Below are positions 40,237 through 50,163 of a stretch of 64,000 bases of DNA, one piece after another. The DNA is from Candidatus Multivoradales bacterium (GTDB lineage Bacteria > Acidobacteriota > Thermoanaerobaculia > Multivoradales > J023): NCBI GenBank assembly GCA_965248925.1, contig CBDFLE010000006.1:2112001-2176000 (forward strand). The letters run 5' to 3'. Within the stretch, counting starts at the first letter, position 1. Every line of letters starts with the position of its first letter. The notes beneath the pieces were generated by a model. The model saw only the letters and a program-made list of their open reading frames with translations, was not told the origin of the DNA and ran no database searches. Made by a program: the position numbers and the translations under genes.

Positions 40237-41632
40237 GGATCTCATTCGAGCTGCCAACACGACTACCGCAGGGAAACGCATGTCGTACGATGCGACCCAG
40301 GTCGACCGCTTGCAGCACTACTGCCAGCAGCAGCCAGACGGCGGCAGCCCTAAAGAGAGCGATCCGCTCCGCCGCCAAGCCCAGCGCCAGAGCAGGCATG
40401 CCAACCGTCCACAGACCGAGGATAGCGGCCCGTAGAAAAGGTGACGACAACTCGTAGGGGGAGTCCAACCGGGCGCGAAAGGAGTTGCCGGCCGAGGCCC
40501 ACATCCAGGTGTTGATGGACCACAGGCGAGGGGTGATCGCGACAACGATCTGAGCCAGAAAACCGAGCAGGGCCGCGACCCCATAAGCCATCGCCGCCGG
40601 CACGATCCACGCCCCGGCCGGCTGCGTCGCCAAGGCCATTCCCAGCGCTATCCCGACCACCAGATAACCCAGCGCCAGCGCGATCTGGCAGAGAGTCAGA
40701 TCGAATTTGGGTCGCGCCTTCGCCGCCGGCCGTCGATGGCGCAGCATCCAGCCGACCCGCCAGAAAAAGGTCGCCAAGCCCAGCACGATCACCCCGGCAA
40801 ACACCGCCGACCCACGACTGCCCAGTAGCAGAGTGACGAAGAGACCCAGCACCCCACCCTCGAGCACCACGGCGCCCAGCCACAACCCACGGCCCCGCGG
40901 CATCGCCGCCGGCAGCAGCATCGGCAACAGCCGGTTGCAGACCGCGATCACCAGGGTTATCGCCCAGCCAATCACCGCCAGGTGGGCGTGGGCGAAGACC
41001 CGCCCATGGACATGGGCCGGCAGGAAAGAAACCGTCTTGTCGATGCCGATCAACACTCCGAGAAACGCAGCCAAGAAAAGATTGCCGAAAGCCAGGTAGA
41101 AGGGCAGCTTGACCTCAAAGGGTAGCTTCGCAGAGGCCAGCGGCCGGAGAAAGCTTCGTGCCGGCAGCACCAAACCCACGGTCAGCAACAGCGCCGAGCC
41201 GGCCATCCCCGACGCTTCGTCGATCCAAAAATGACCCACCATTCCCGCCGCGCCAGCAGCGACTAACGCTAGCCCCCACCAGTCGCCGCGCCGAGCCGGC
41301 AAACGAGTCCCCAACGCCATCGGCGCCACCAAATAGAGAGCGCCGAGGATCGAGCAGGTGATCCAGCCGAGAGTAATCAGATGCACTACCACCAGCATCC
41401 GCGGGTGGTAGTAGAAGCCGGCGATGCTCCAGGGATCTGCCGCCATCACCGCAAAAGCAGTGCCCAAACAGAGATGGGCGAAGACAAAGTAGGCCAGCGG
41501 CAGCCTGAGCGGCGGTAGGCGCCGAGCCCAACGGCGACGCACCTCCGCAGAGGCAAACGCCAGCCTGCCGGCGGAGTTCAACAGCGACTCTGACCGCTCC
41601 CCAGGACTGTTTGCAGATCGGCCAGATGTCAT
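40211..41632 (-). CDS. Polytopic His-containing membrane protein (NnrS / haem-copper subunit I-like)
   Basis: About 12 TMs; VHLITLGW and AHAHLAVIGW; downstream of ric. Confidence 0.65.
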   Translation of the reverse strand: MTSGRSANSPGERSESLLNSAGRLAFASAEVRRRWARRLPPLRLPLAYFVFAHLCLGTAFAVMAADPWSIAGFYYHPRMLVVVHLITLGWITCSILGALYLVAPMALGTRLPARRGDWWGLALVAAGAAGMVGHFWIDEASGMAGSALLLTVGLVLPARSFLRPLASAKLPFEVKLPFYLAFGNLFLAAFLGVLIGIDKTVSFLPAHVHGRVFAHAHLAVIGWAITLVIAVCNRLLPMLLPAAMPRGRGLWLGAVVLEGGVLGLFVTLLLGSRGSAVFAGVIVLGLATFFWRVGWMLRHRRPAAKARPKFDLTLCQIALALGYLVVGIALGMALATQPAGAWIVPAAMAYGVAALLGFLAQIVVAITPRLWSINTWMWASAGNSFRARLDSPYELSSPFLRAAILGLWTVGMPALALGLAAERIALFRAAAVWLLLAVVLQAVDLGRIVRHAFPCGSRVGSSNEILTRPRGRA

Positions 41633-41683
41633 CGTTTCAGCGCCTTGCCCACGACTCGCCGGCCAATCCGGCAGAAATCGCCG

Positions 41684-42355
41684 TCAAGAAGCCAGAGAGC
41701 GGGGGAACAGAAAATTGTTCTCCAGGTGGATGTGCTCGTGCAAGGACATCTCGAGCGCTTCCAGGCCGGCCCATAGGGCGCACCAGGTATTACAGGCACC
41801 GGCGGGAGCCTGGTAGTTGTCGGTCAGCTCGCGCAGCCGCCGCAAAGCCGCTCCCGCTGACTCGTGCTCGTACTCCATCACATCGATCGGTCCGCCGGCC
41901 TGAGCGCCCCGGCCGGCGCGGATCATCGGAAAAAGAACCTCTTCCTCCTTGAGCATGTGAGACGTGAGTTCGTCGCTCAACCCGCGCAGCGTCTTGAGCA
42001 GACCCTGCAACCTCTCGGGATCCTTCTCACCATGCACCCGGTAGACCTTCTCGGCCATCGCCAACAAGCGTGGCAACTCCTCCTTCAGCGGGCCGTGGTA
42101 TGCCTCTAGGATGTGGTCGATCAGCTGTTCCAACGGCGCTGTCCCCCACGGCCGCGAGGACTGCGGCGCCTGATCGACCTCGGCTCGGATGTCGCCGATG
42201 ACCGTATCTATATCCAGCCCGCGCTGGGCACAGGCGTCAGCTAGTGACACACCGCCACCGCAGCAGAAATCGATGCCATGGCGTGAGAAAACCCGGGTCG
42301 CCAAGGGCAGGGCGCCCGCGAGGTCACCAACCTTCGTATCGCTTTGAATGTCCAT
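41684..42355 (-). CDS. ric: Iron-sulfur cluster repair di-iron protein (YtfE/ScdA/DnrN)
   Basis: GIDFCCGG, HMLKEEEVLFP, MEYEHE, HIHLENNFLFP. Confidence 0.96.
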   Translation of the reverse strand: MDIQSDTKVGDLAGALPLATRVFSRHGIDFCCGGGVSLADACAQRGLDIDTVIGDIRAEVDQAPQSSRPWGTAPLEQLIDHILEAYHGPLKEELPRLLAMAEKVYRVHGEKDPERLQGLLKTLRGLSDELTSHMLKEEEVLFPMIRAGRGAQAGGPIDVMEYEHESAGAALRRLRELTDNYQAPAGACNTWCALWAGLEALEMSLHEHIHLENNFLFPRSLAS

Positions 42356-42403
42356 TCTCAGAGCCTCCTCGACGGATTCTCCCAGGCTTCTTGGAGGCTC
42401 GAT

Positions 42404-42417
42404 ATGACAACCATCAT
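42404..42417. promoter_or_regulatory. Crp/Fnr-family box ATGAC-AACC-ATCAT serving divergent promoters
   Basis: About 30 bp from -10-like GAGAAT (ric, minus strand, 42376-81) and TAGCTT (radical SAM, 42441-46). Confidence 0.7.
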
Positions 42418-42519
42418 GCGGTCAGCCACGACTAAGAAGGTAGCTTCTGCATAGCAACAACGGTGACAACAATGGTGACTAAGAAGACGCCGCAAAAGAA
42501 CCCGAAGAGGACCTCTTCC

Positions 42520-43758
42520 ATGTACGCCGAACTGCGCACTAACCCAGCATTGCTCAAGCTAGACCTCTACTGCCGAGGAGTGCGCCTCGACGACTCCTGC
42601 TTTGTCGTCGACGATGGCGGCCGACCGATCCTCCGCACCCGCGCCGGTCTAGGCAGTGGCCTGGAGATGATCTTGCCCGGAGAGTTGTGGACCAACGTGC
42701 CAGTGAGCGAGGCCTTCGCCAAAGACTCGCCCTACACGCTCGCGCGCCAATCTGGGGGGCGCTACTTGCTGAAATGGCGGGGCGAACCAGTGGCCGAGCC
42801 GCGCCTCGCCCCGCGTCCCGACTGGTACGACCGCAAGACCCACTCCGGCAAACCGATGACCCGCATCGGCACCCTGCAAGGCACCTACCTGGGGATCTAC
42901 CAGGCCAAGGTCTGCGAATATTGGACTGAGAAGCCGGAGCGATCGAATTGCAAATTCTGCTCGGTGGGCCTGAACCTAGGGGTGGACGACGCCGACGACA
43001 AATCGGTGGAGGAGGTCCTGGAGGTCATCCGCGTGGCCCAGCGCGAGTCCGGCATCACCTACGTCGACTTCAACACCGGCCACTACGAAGGTGACACCTA
43101 CCTCGACATTTTGGAGCCCTTCATCACCCGGATCAAGAGCGAACTCGGCTTGCTGGTGGGGGTGCAAACACCGCCGCACCGCGACCTGAAGCGTTACGAC
43201 CACCTGCGGCAGATGGGCGTCAACCGGGTTTCTTTCTGCTTCGAGATCTTCGACCGTCAACTCTTCGAGGAGATCTGCCCAGGCAAGCACCGCGAGTATG
43301 GCCTCGACCACTACCTCGAAGCGATTCGCTACTGCGCCACTTTGGGGAATCGCGGTCCGCGCCACGAGCCTTGGGTATCCAACGGTGAGATCATCGCTGG
43401 TCTGGAGCCTGCCGAATCCTCGATCCGCGCCATCGACTGGATCACCTCGGTGGGAGCCATCCCCACGGTCTGTGTTTTCAGGCCGCTACAAGGCACCGAC
43501 CTGGCCGATCACCCGCCGCCGAATACCGAAGAGATGGTGCCGATCTTCCGCCGGCTCTACGAAGCGTGCATGGAACGTGGCCTACCCATCGGCTGCGCGC
43601 CAAATGTGCATGTCAGCCTGGTCATGCTGCCTGAAGAATGCAGCTCGCTGAGCAGCCACCGCTACCCCTGGCAGAACCTCAAGCTCAGCGCGATGAAGAA
43701 GATCTACGGCCGGCGATTCAACCGCCGACTCAAGGCCTTGCGGCGGAGAGCCGCCTAG
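42520..43758 (+). CDS. Radical SAM protein (biotin synthase-like / MSMEG_0568-like)
   Basis: C-x11-C-x2-C (CEYWTEKPERSNCKFC), ICPGK, IIAGLE, VFRPLQGT. Confidence 0.8.
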   Translation: MYAELRTNPALLKLDLYCRGVRLDDSCFVVDDGGRPILRTRAGLGSGLEMILPGELWTNVPVSEAFAKDSPYTLARQSGGRYLLKWRGEPVAEPRLAPRPDWYDRKTHSGKPMTRIGTLQGTYLGIYQAKVCEYWTEKPERSNCKFCSVGLNLGVDDADDKSVEEVLEVIRVAQRESGITYVDFNTGHYEGDTYLDILEPFITRIKSELGLLVGVQTPPHRDLKRYDHLRQMGVNRVSFCFEIFDRQLFEEICPGKHREYGLDHYLEAIRYCATLGNRGPRHEPWVSNGEIIAGLEPAESSIRAIDWITSVGAIPTVCVFRPLQGTDLADHPPPNTEEMVPIFRRLYEACMERGLPIGCAPNVHVSLVMLPEECSSLSSHRYPWQNLKLSAMKKIYGRRFNRRLKALRRRAA

Positions 43759-43926
43759 CCCCGGTCGACGCTGCCACTCGCCTTTCCTTCCTCCGGACAC
43801 ACCGAGGAGGGAGGGTGAGCCCTACCCCCTTGGACGGTTCGTCTCTGTTCTGACTCGTCTAGTCTCTGCAAGCTGTTGCATCTGACTACCGCTCGCCGCG
43901 TTGGCCAGAGCCGTGGAGGAGACAGG

Positions 43927-44652
43927 ATGGTCGAAACCGAACAAATCCAACATACCGAATTGCTGACTCGAGAAACTCTGCGTGACCGGCTGACCGCCTT
44001 GCCCAGGTACTCCGAGCTGTCGAGCGCCAGTCGAGAACGGCTAGTCGCCCTCGGCATCTCGCGCCTGTGCCGGGCCAACGATCACCTTTTTCGCCAGGGA
44101 GAGACTTCCGGTTCCCTCTTCATCCTGCTCAGCGGACGGATCAAGATGGTCCGATCCTTGAGTAACGGCCGCAGTGTGATGCTGGCGCTGTTCAGTGCTG
44201 GTGACGCGATCGGAGTCTCCCTGCTCGGCGGCCGACCCAGTGAGGCCAACTTCATTGCTCTCGAAAGTTCCCTGCTCCTGGAAATCCCCAGCTCCAAGCT
44301 GCTGGCTGCCACCCAAGATATGCCGCAGCTGTTGGTCGACCTGTTACCAATCCTGACCGAGAAAGTAGCCGAATGCCGCAACTGCGTCATCGAAGGCACC
44401 TTCTACCGGATCGAGCCGCGGCTCGCCAGGCTGTTCCTCAAGCTGGCGGAAACCGTCGGCCGCACCGAGCAAGCCACCACCTTCATCCCAGTACCATTGT
44501 CGCGCCAAGATCTGGCGGATATGGCGGGTACCACCATCGAGACCAGTATCCGGATCATGAGCCGCTGGGGCAAAGCAGGCATCGTCGAAACCCGCGCCGA
44601 TGGCTTCGTCTTGCACAACCGCCAAGCACTGTCAAAGACCTGCAACGGCTGA
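43927..44652 (+). CDS. Crp/Fnr family regulator (Dnr/HcpR-like)
   Basis: LFRQGE..ILLSGRIK cNMP fold; LSRQDLADMAGTTIETSIR HTH; internal CxxC. Confidence 0.9.
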   Translation: MVETEQIQHTELLTRETLRDRLTALPRYSELSSASRERLVALGISRLCRANDHLFRQGETSGSLFILLSGRIKMVRSLSNGRSVMLALFSAGDAIGVSLLGGRPSEANFIALESSLLLEIPSSKLLAATQDMPQLLVDLLPILTEKVAECRNCVIEGTFYRIEPRLARLFLKLAETVGRTEQATTFIPVPLSRQDLADMAGTTIETSIRIMSRWGKAGIVETRADGFVLHNRQALSKTCNG

Positions 44653-44704
44653 TACTCCTTCCTGGCCGCAGATGAAAGACACCTGCCGCGCACGCAGCAA
44701 CTCT

Positions 44705-45571
44705 TCACTCCCCCTCGAGTAGCGCCCGCATCTCGGCAAAGCGGGCCTTTTCCTTGGCATCGACCTCGGGATAAGAAATGTCGAGACTCTCGAGGGCCGC
44801 CACCAAAGTGCGGGCGACGGTCAGCCGCATGTAGGGCTTGTCGTCGGCCGGGATGGCATACCACGGCGCCCAAGGACGCGAAGTGGCATTGAGGGCATCT
44901 TGATAGGCCGCCTGGTATTGCTCCCAATGGCCGCGTTCACGCACATCACCGGCGGAGAACTTCCAGTTCTTCTCCGGCTCGTCGAGGCGCGACAAGAAGC
45001 GTTGCCGCTGCTCCTCCTTCGAGACATTGAGAAAGAACTTCAGGATCACCGTGCCGTTGCGCGCCAGATGCCTCTCCTGCTGGCGAATCGACTCATAGCG
45101 CTCCTCCCAGATCTGCTCCCGCACCCGTGGCAGACGCTGGCCACCGAGGTACTCAGGATGTACCTTCACCACCAGCACTTCTTCGTAATAGCTGCGATTA
45201 AAGACTCCGATCCGCCCGCGCTCCGGCAACCGCTTGGTGGTACGCCACAGGAAGTCATGATCCAGCTCTTCCGCCGAAGGCACCTTGAACGACGACACCT
45301 GACAGCCCGCCGGATTGACCCCCGACATCACTGCCCGGATAGTGCCATCCTTGCCCGCCGCATCCATCGCTTGGAAGACCAGCAAGACACTGTAGCGATC
45401 GTCGGCATAGAGCACCCGCTGAAGCTCGGCGAGGCGCTTGCGCAGCTTGCCGAGCTGCTGACGACACTCCTTCTTCCCCGGTGCCTTGGCCGGCGGCTGG
45501 GTGGCCGACTCGGCGATCTCAAAAGACTCAGCAAACGGCACCAGGTACGGACTATCGACGGCTTCAAACAT
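44705..45571 (-). CDS. ppk2: Polyphosphate kinase 2 (class III-like)
   Basis: [37 protein letters not shown]. Confidence 0.93.
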   Translation of the reverse strand: MFEAVDSPYLVPFAESFEIAESATQPPAKAPGKKECRQQLGKLRKRLAELQRVLYADDRYSVLLVFQAMDAAGKDGTIRAVMSGVNPAGCQVSSFKVPSAEELDHDFLWRTTKRLPERGRIGVFNRSYYEEVLVVKVHPEYLGGQRLPRVREQIWEERYESIRQQERHLARNGTVILKFFLNVSKEEQRQRFLSRLDEPEKNWKFSAGDVRERGHWEQYQAAYQDALNATSRPWAPWYAIPADDKPYMRLTVARTLVAALESLDISYPEVDAKEKARFAEMRALLEGE

Positions 45572-45765
45572 CTGTGCTCCTCCTCAGGTGGACGGCTCGG
45601 AATCCGAGACCGGCGTAGGCTATCGCACTCGCGCTTGCATGTTTTGCGAACAACATGGGGCTATCCTGGCCGAATCGGGACTACGATCGATAGACCAGCC
45701 GTCGTAGCCCCAGAACCAAACTAACTGACCGGCTCGCGCCTCATCGATCAAAGCACGGGCCGCTG

Positions 45766-45835
45766 ATTGCCAAGAGTCTCATTGCCAAGAAAAGCCTTGG
45801 CAACGGATCTCTTGGCAACAGATCTCTTGGCAATA
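45766..45835. repeat. 15-bp-period array: 2x TTGCCAAG then 3x CTTGGCAA
   Basis: ATTGCCAAGAGTCTC ATTGCCAAGA aaagc CTTGGCAAC ggatct CTTGGCAAC agatct CTTGGCAAT. Confidence 0.85.
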
Positions 45836-45880
45836 AGACGCTGGGGAGGGGCCCCGGGCAGGGACGAATCCAGGGCTCAA

Positions 45881-47344
45881 CTAGCCGCAGAGCTGCCGAT
45901 ACAACTCTTCGTACTCGCCGCTCTGCTTTTCCCAGGAGTAGTCCTGGCCCATGCCGTTGAGGCGTAGCAGGTGCCAGGCGTCGGGGTCTTGGTAGACCTC
46001 CAAGGCGCGTTTCAGCGCCCAGGCGAAGCCGGTGGAGTCGTAGTGGTCGAAGACGAAGCCGGTGCCCTCGCCCGAGGCGACTGAGAATTGCTCGACGGTG
46101 TCGGCCAGGCCACCAGTCTTGCGCACCACCGGCGGAGTGCCGTAGCGCAGGCTGTACATTTGGTTCAAGCCGCAGGGCTCGAAGCGGGAGGGCATCAGGA
46201 AGATGTCGGCGCCGGCCTCAATCAAATGCGCCAACGGCTCGTTATAGCCGCGGTAGTAGCAAACTTTCTGCGGATGGGCCTGCTGTAGCTGCTGGAAGAA
46301 GCCCTCGTACTGCTCTTCACCGGTGCCGAGCACGGTCAGGCGCACGTCGAGGTGGCGCAGCATCTGCGGCAGGGCATCGTACATCAGCTCGAATCCCTTC
46401 TGCCCGGTCAGCCGCGAGACGATCCCCAACACCGGCGCCCGCTCGCCCCGGGGCAGGCCGAGTTCGGCCAGCAGATGCTCTTTGTTCTCACGCTTGCCGC
46501 GCTTGACGCTCTTGATCGAATAACGCCGCTTGATGTGCTGATCGACCGACGGATCCCACTCGCCGTAGTCGACTCCATTGACGATGCCGACGACCGAGGA
46601 GCTGCGCTCCCGCAGCAGTGCGTCGAGACCAAAACCGTGGGCCTCGGTCTGGATCTCGCGAGCATAGGTGCGGCTGACCGTGGTGACCACGTCGGCATAG
46701 AGCAGGCCGGTCTTGAGAAAACTGATAGCGCCCTGTTCGAGATCTTTCTGGAAAAGTTTCGAGCGAACGCGCCCGAGACCCAGATTGCCTAGCACCTCGG
46801 CCGGGAAGACCCCCTGGTAGGCCAAGTTGTGAATGGTCAGCACGGTCTTGGTGTCGGCGAACAGCTGATCCCAGCCGTAGAGGGCCTGGCGATAGAGCGG
46901 CACCAACGCTGAATGCCAATCGTTGGCGTGCAGCACATCGGGCTTAAAACCCATCCGCTGACAGCACTCGAACACCGCCCGCGACAGCAGGCTGAAGCGC
47001 AGATGCTCGTCCCAATCGCCGGTGTAGATGCCGTCCCGATGGTAGAGCTGTGGACAGTTGATGAAGTAAACGTCGCAGTCCGAGCCCGGCAGCTTGGCCG
47101 AGAAAACCGAGAATGTAACTGCCTGCTCACCGAGGTCGACCCGCAGCTGGCGCAGGAACTCGACCGGCGTAAAGTCGAAGCGCTCACTGTCGATCTTCGA
47201 GTACAGAGGGGTGAAAACCCGTACATCGTGGCCGCGCCGCAGTAATGCCGCTGGCAGGGCGCCCGCCACATCGGCTAGGCCACCGGTCTTCGAAAAGGGC
47301 GCCACTTCCGCGGCGACAAAAGCGATCTTGAGGGGTTCAGACAA
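45881..47344 (-). CDS. glgA: Glycogen synthase
   Basis: KTGGLADV, HANDWH, TIHNLAYQG, MPSRFEPCGL. Confidence 0.97.
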   Translation of the reverse strand: MSEPLKIAFVAAEVAPFSKTGGLADVAGALPAALLRRGHDVRVFTPLYSKIDSERFDFTPVEFLRQLRVDLGEQAVTFSVFSAKLPGSDCDVYFINCPQLYHRDGIYTGDWDEHLRFSLLSRAVFECCQRMGFKPDVLHANDWHSALVPLYRQALYGWDQLFADTKTVLTIHNLAYQGVFPAEVLGNLGLGRVRSKLFQKDLEQGAISFLKTGLLYADVVTTVSRTYAREIQTEAHGFGLDALLRERSSSVVGIVNGVDYGEWDPSVDQHIKRRYSIKSVKRGKRENKEHLLAELGLPRGERAPVLGIVSRLTGQKGFELMYDALPQMLRHLDVRLTVLGTGEEQYEGFFQQLQQAHPQKVCYYRGYNEPLAHLIEAGADIFLMPSRFEPCGLNQMYSLRYGTPPVVRKTGGLADTVEQFSVASGEGTGFVFDHYDSTGFAWALKRALEVYQDPDAWHLLRLNGMGQDYSWEKQSGEYEELYRQLCG

Positions 47345-47349
47345 GGCTG

Positions 47350-48660
47350 CTAAACCACCGTACCGGGCTCGATCACCGCGTTCGAGGGCACCACGATCAC
47401 CCCACCGCGGATGCAGTAGTTCTCGCCATCGGCTTCCTCGACCCCGCCTTCGTTGACCAACTGCGCGCCGTCGCCGATCCGCGCTCCGGAATCGATGATG
47501 GCGCGGCGAATCCGGCAGTCCTTGCCAATACCGAAGGGCACCGGGCTGAGACCATCGCCGGTGTGCTGCCCTGAGCCGGTACCCATGATCACGCTCTCAA
47601 CGATCTCGGTGCCTTGGCGAATCATCGAGCGAGTACCGATCACCGAGCGCTCGACCGACTTGGCCAGCAACACACTGCCCTCACAGAGCACCGAATGTTT
47701 GATCTCGCAACCCCGCACCTTGACTCCGGGCAAGAAGCGCGGGTGGGTGTAGATCGGATAGTCCGGGTGGTAAAGGTTGAGCGGTGGCTTGGGGAAGGTC
47801 AGTTCCAGGTTGGCCTCGTGGAAGGCTGGAATGGTGCCGATATCGCGCCAGTAGCCATTGTAAAGAAAGCCGTAGACGCGCAGATTGTGGATCGCCGCCG
47901 GGATGATCTCCTTGCCGAAATCAGTGCTGCTGGCGTCCTGCTGAAAGACCTCCTGCAAGGCTCCGCGGCGGAACACATACATCCCCATGCTGGCCAGCAG
48001 CATGCCGGGTTCGGCCTCGATACCGAGCTGGCTGATGGTCGCCGCATCGAGAGCCAGGCGATCGAGTTCGCCCTCTTCCTGCGGCTTCTCGACGAATTCG
48101 ACGATCCGCCCCTCCGCATCGCTGCGCATGATTCCCAGGCTCTTGGCCTCGGACCGAGGCACCGGCTTGACGGCGATAGTCAAATCGGCCTGATGCTCGC
48201 GGTGGTGGGTGACGAAGTCGCGCATGTTCAGCAGGTAAAGCTGATCGCCCGACAGCACCAGCACCTCGCGCTGACGCAGAAAAGTCAGCCGGCCGAGGTT
48301 GTGGCGCACCGCGTCGGCGGTTCCTTGATACCAGCTGCTGCCGGTGTCGATGCTCTGCGACGCCGCCAGGATGTTCACGAAGCCCTGTGAAAAATTATCG
48401 AAGCGGTAGGTCTGGGCGATATGCCGATGCAGGCTGGCGCTATTGAACTGAGTGAGGACAAAGATCTTGTCGATACCGGCGTGCAAGCTGTTGGAGATCG
48501 GAATGTCGATCAGCCGAAACTTGCCGGCCACCGGCACGGCCGGCTTGGCGCGGTATTGGGTCAACGGCCACAGGCGGGTCCCCTGACCTCCTCCGAGAAT
48601 TGCGGTGATGACCTGATCCAAAGTGCTTCTCCAGTTGGGATGCTGCGGAATCCGAGGCAT
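47350..48660 (-). CDS. glgC: Glucose-1-phosphate adenylyltransferase
   Basis: LGGGQGTRLWPLT..RAKPAVP, WYQGTADAV, LSGDQ, FVEKP, DFGKEIIP. Confidence 0.97.
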   Translation of the reverse strand: MPRIPQHPNWRSTLDQVITAILGGGQGTRLWPLTQYRAKPAVPVAGKFRLIDIPISNSLHAGIDKIFVLTQFNSASLHRHIAQTYRFDNFSQGFVNILAASQSIDTGSSWYQGTADAVRHNLGRLTFLRQREVLVLSGDQLYLLNMRDFVTHHREHQADLTIAVKPVPRSEAKSLGIMRSDAEGRIVEFVEKPQEEGELDRLALDAATISQLGIEAEPGMLLASMGMYVFRRGALQEVFQQDASSTDFGKEIIPAAIHNLRVYGFLYNGYWRDIGTIPAFHEANLELTFPKPPLNLYHPDYPIYTHPRFLPGVKVRGCEIKHSVLCEGSVLLAKSVERSVIGTRSMIRQGTEIVESVIMGTGSGQHTGDGLSPVPFGIGKDCRIRRAIIDSGARIGDGAQLVNEGGVEEADGENYCIRGGVIVVPSNAVIEPGTVV

Positions 48661-48705
48661 CTTACAGGGGAAGCCGAGCCGTCACCAGGAGATTCCCCAA
48701 CCCTC

Positions 48706-48764
48706 GGCAGTCGGCGGAAATCCTTGCCCACGCGTCCCGGGTGGGACAAGATCTGCCGACCGCC
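48706..48764. repeat. Long imperfect inverted repeat in divergent promoter region
   Basis: GGCAGTCGGCGGAAATCCTTGCCCAC ... GTGGGACAAGATCTGCCGACCGCC. Confidence 0.6.
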
Positions 48765-48804
48765 AACATGACTCTTCGTCGCCTCGCGGTAGGAGATCCA
48801 CACC

Positions 48805-50028
48805 ATGCCCAACGTCGTCTTCGTCGCCCCGTACTTCATGGACACCACCCTGCGCTTCATCGAAGCGGTGGCGGAACATCCAGGCTCGCGCACGGTGCTA
48901 ATCGGCCAGGAGCGCAAGCAGAAACTACCCGACAACCTACGCCGTTCGCTGGCCGCCTATCTGCAAGTCGACGATGTCTTCGACAGCACCGCGCTGACCG
49001 AGACCGTGCGGCAAGTCGCCGAGCGAGCCGGCGGCGTCGAGCGGTTGCTCGGCACTTTGGAGCATCTGCAAGTGCCCCTGGCACAGGTGCGCGAAGCCCT
49101 CGACATTCCCGGCCTCGGCGTCGCGGCGGCCGAGAGCTTCCGCGACAAGGCACGGATGAAGACCCTGTTGCAAAAGGCCGGCCTACCTTGCGCCCGCCAC
49201 CGACGCCTCGAAAGCGCGGCCGAAGCCGCCGACTTCGCCGCCGAGGTCGGGTTTCCCCTGGTGATCAAACCCCTCGCCGGGGCGGGTTCCAAAAACACCT
49301 TTCAGGTCGCCGACCAGGCTGAACTCGACGACGCCCTGCGCCACGCTCCACCCGACCCTCAGCGGCCGATGCTGGCCGAAGAATTCGTCTCAGGCGATGA
49401 GCATTCCTTCGACGGCATTTCCATCGATGGCAAGCTAGTCTGGCATTCGCTGAGCCACTACCTACCAGGCTGTCTGGAGGCGATCCGCCAGCCGTGGGTG
49501 CAATGGTGCCTCTACTTGCCGCGAGAAGTCGAGGATCCGCGCTACGACGATATCCGCCAAGCCGCCGCCAGCACCCTTGACGTACTCGGCCAAACCACCG
49601 GCGTCTGCCACCTCGAGTGGTTCCGCCGGCCCGACGGCAGCCTGGCGATCTCTGAGGTCGGCGCCCGTCCCGGCGGCGTGCAGCTTTCTAAGCTGATCTC
49701 CTACGCCAACGACTTCGACTACTTCCGCGCTCTCGCCCGCTTGATGGTCGACCACCGGTGGACCTCGCCGCAGCGCAAGTACGCTTGCGGCGCCGCCTTC
49801 CTCCGCGGCCAGGGCGCCGGCCGGCGGGTCAAGGCCATCCACGGCATGCAACAAGCCCAAGAAGAACTCGGCCCCTTGGTGGTCGAGACCCAGCTACCAA
49901 GAATCGGCCACCCAGCCTCAGGCACCTACGAAGGTGAAGGCTGGGTGATCCTCCGCCACCCCGAGACCGCGGTCCTGCACCGCGCCCTCGGCCGGCTGGT
50001 CAGCCTGGTGCGGGTCGAGTTGGGTTAG
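48805..50028 (+). CDS. ATP-grasp domain protein
   Basis: FRDKARMK, PLVIKPLAGAGS, EEFV, HLEWF, EVGARPGG. Confidence 0.9.
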   Translation: MPNVVFVAPYFMDTTLRFIEAVAEHPGSRTVLIGQERKQKLPDNLRRSLAAYLQVDDVFDSTALTETVRQVAERAGGVERLLGTLEHLQVPLAQVREALDIPGLGVAAAESFRDKARMKTLLQKAGLPCARHRRLESAAEAADFAAEVGFPLVIKPLAGAGSKNTFQVADQAELDDALRHAPPDPQRPMLAEEFVSGDEHSFDGISIDGKLVWHSLSHYLPGCLEAIRQPWVQWCLYLPREVEDPRYDDIRQAAASTLDVLGQTTGVCHLEWFRRPDGSLAISEVGARPGGVQLSKLISYANDFDYFRALARLMVDHRWTSPQRKYACGAAFLRGQGAGRRVKAIHGMQQAQEELGPLVVETQLPRIGHPASGTYEGEGWVILRHPETAVLHRALGRLVSLVRVELG

Positions 50029-50163
50029 TTGCTAACGATCAGTCTGGAGAACACAATCCGGCAATCGAATCGAACCCGCCAGCCACTGACTTGTGGCAAG
50101 ATTCGAGACTCCACGAACCGAGGTCGGCCGACCGCTTGAAGGCGGTTCGTCTAAGGAGGCTCC

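Noticed and set aside
45766-45835. CRISPR array
   Set aside because: Units are 15 bp with no spacers, and there are no cas genes
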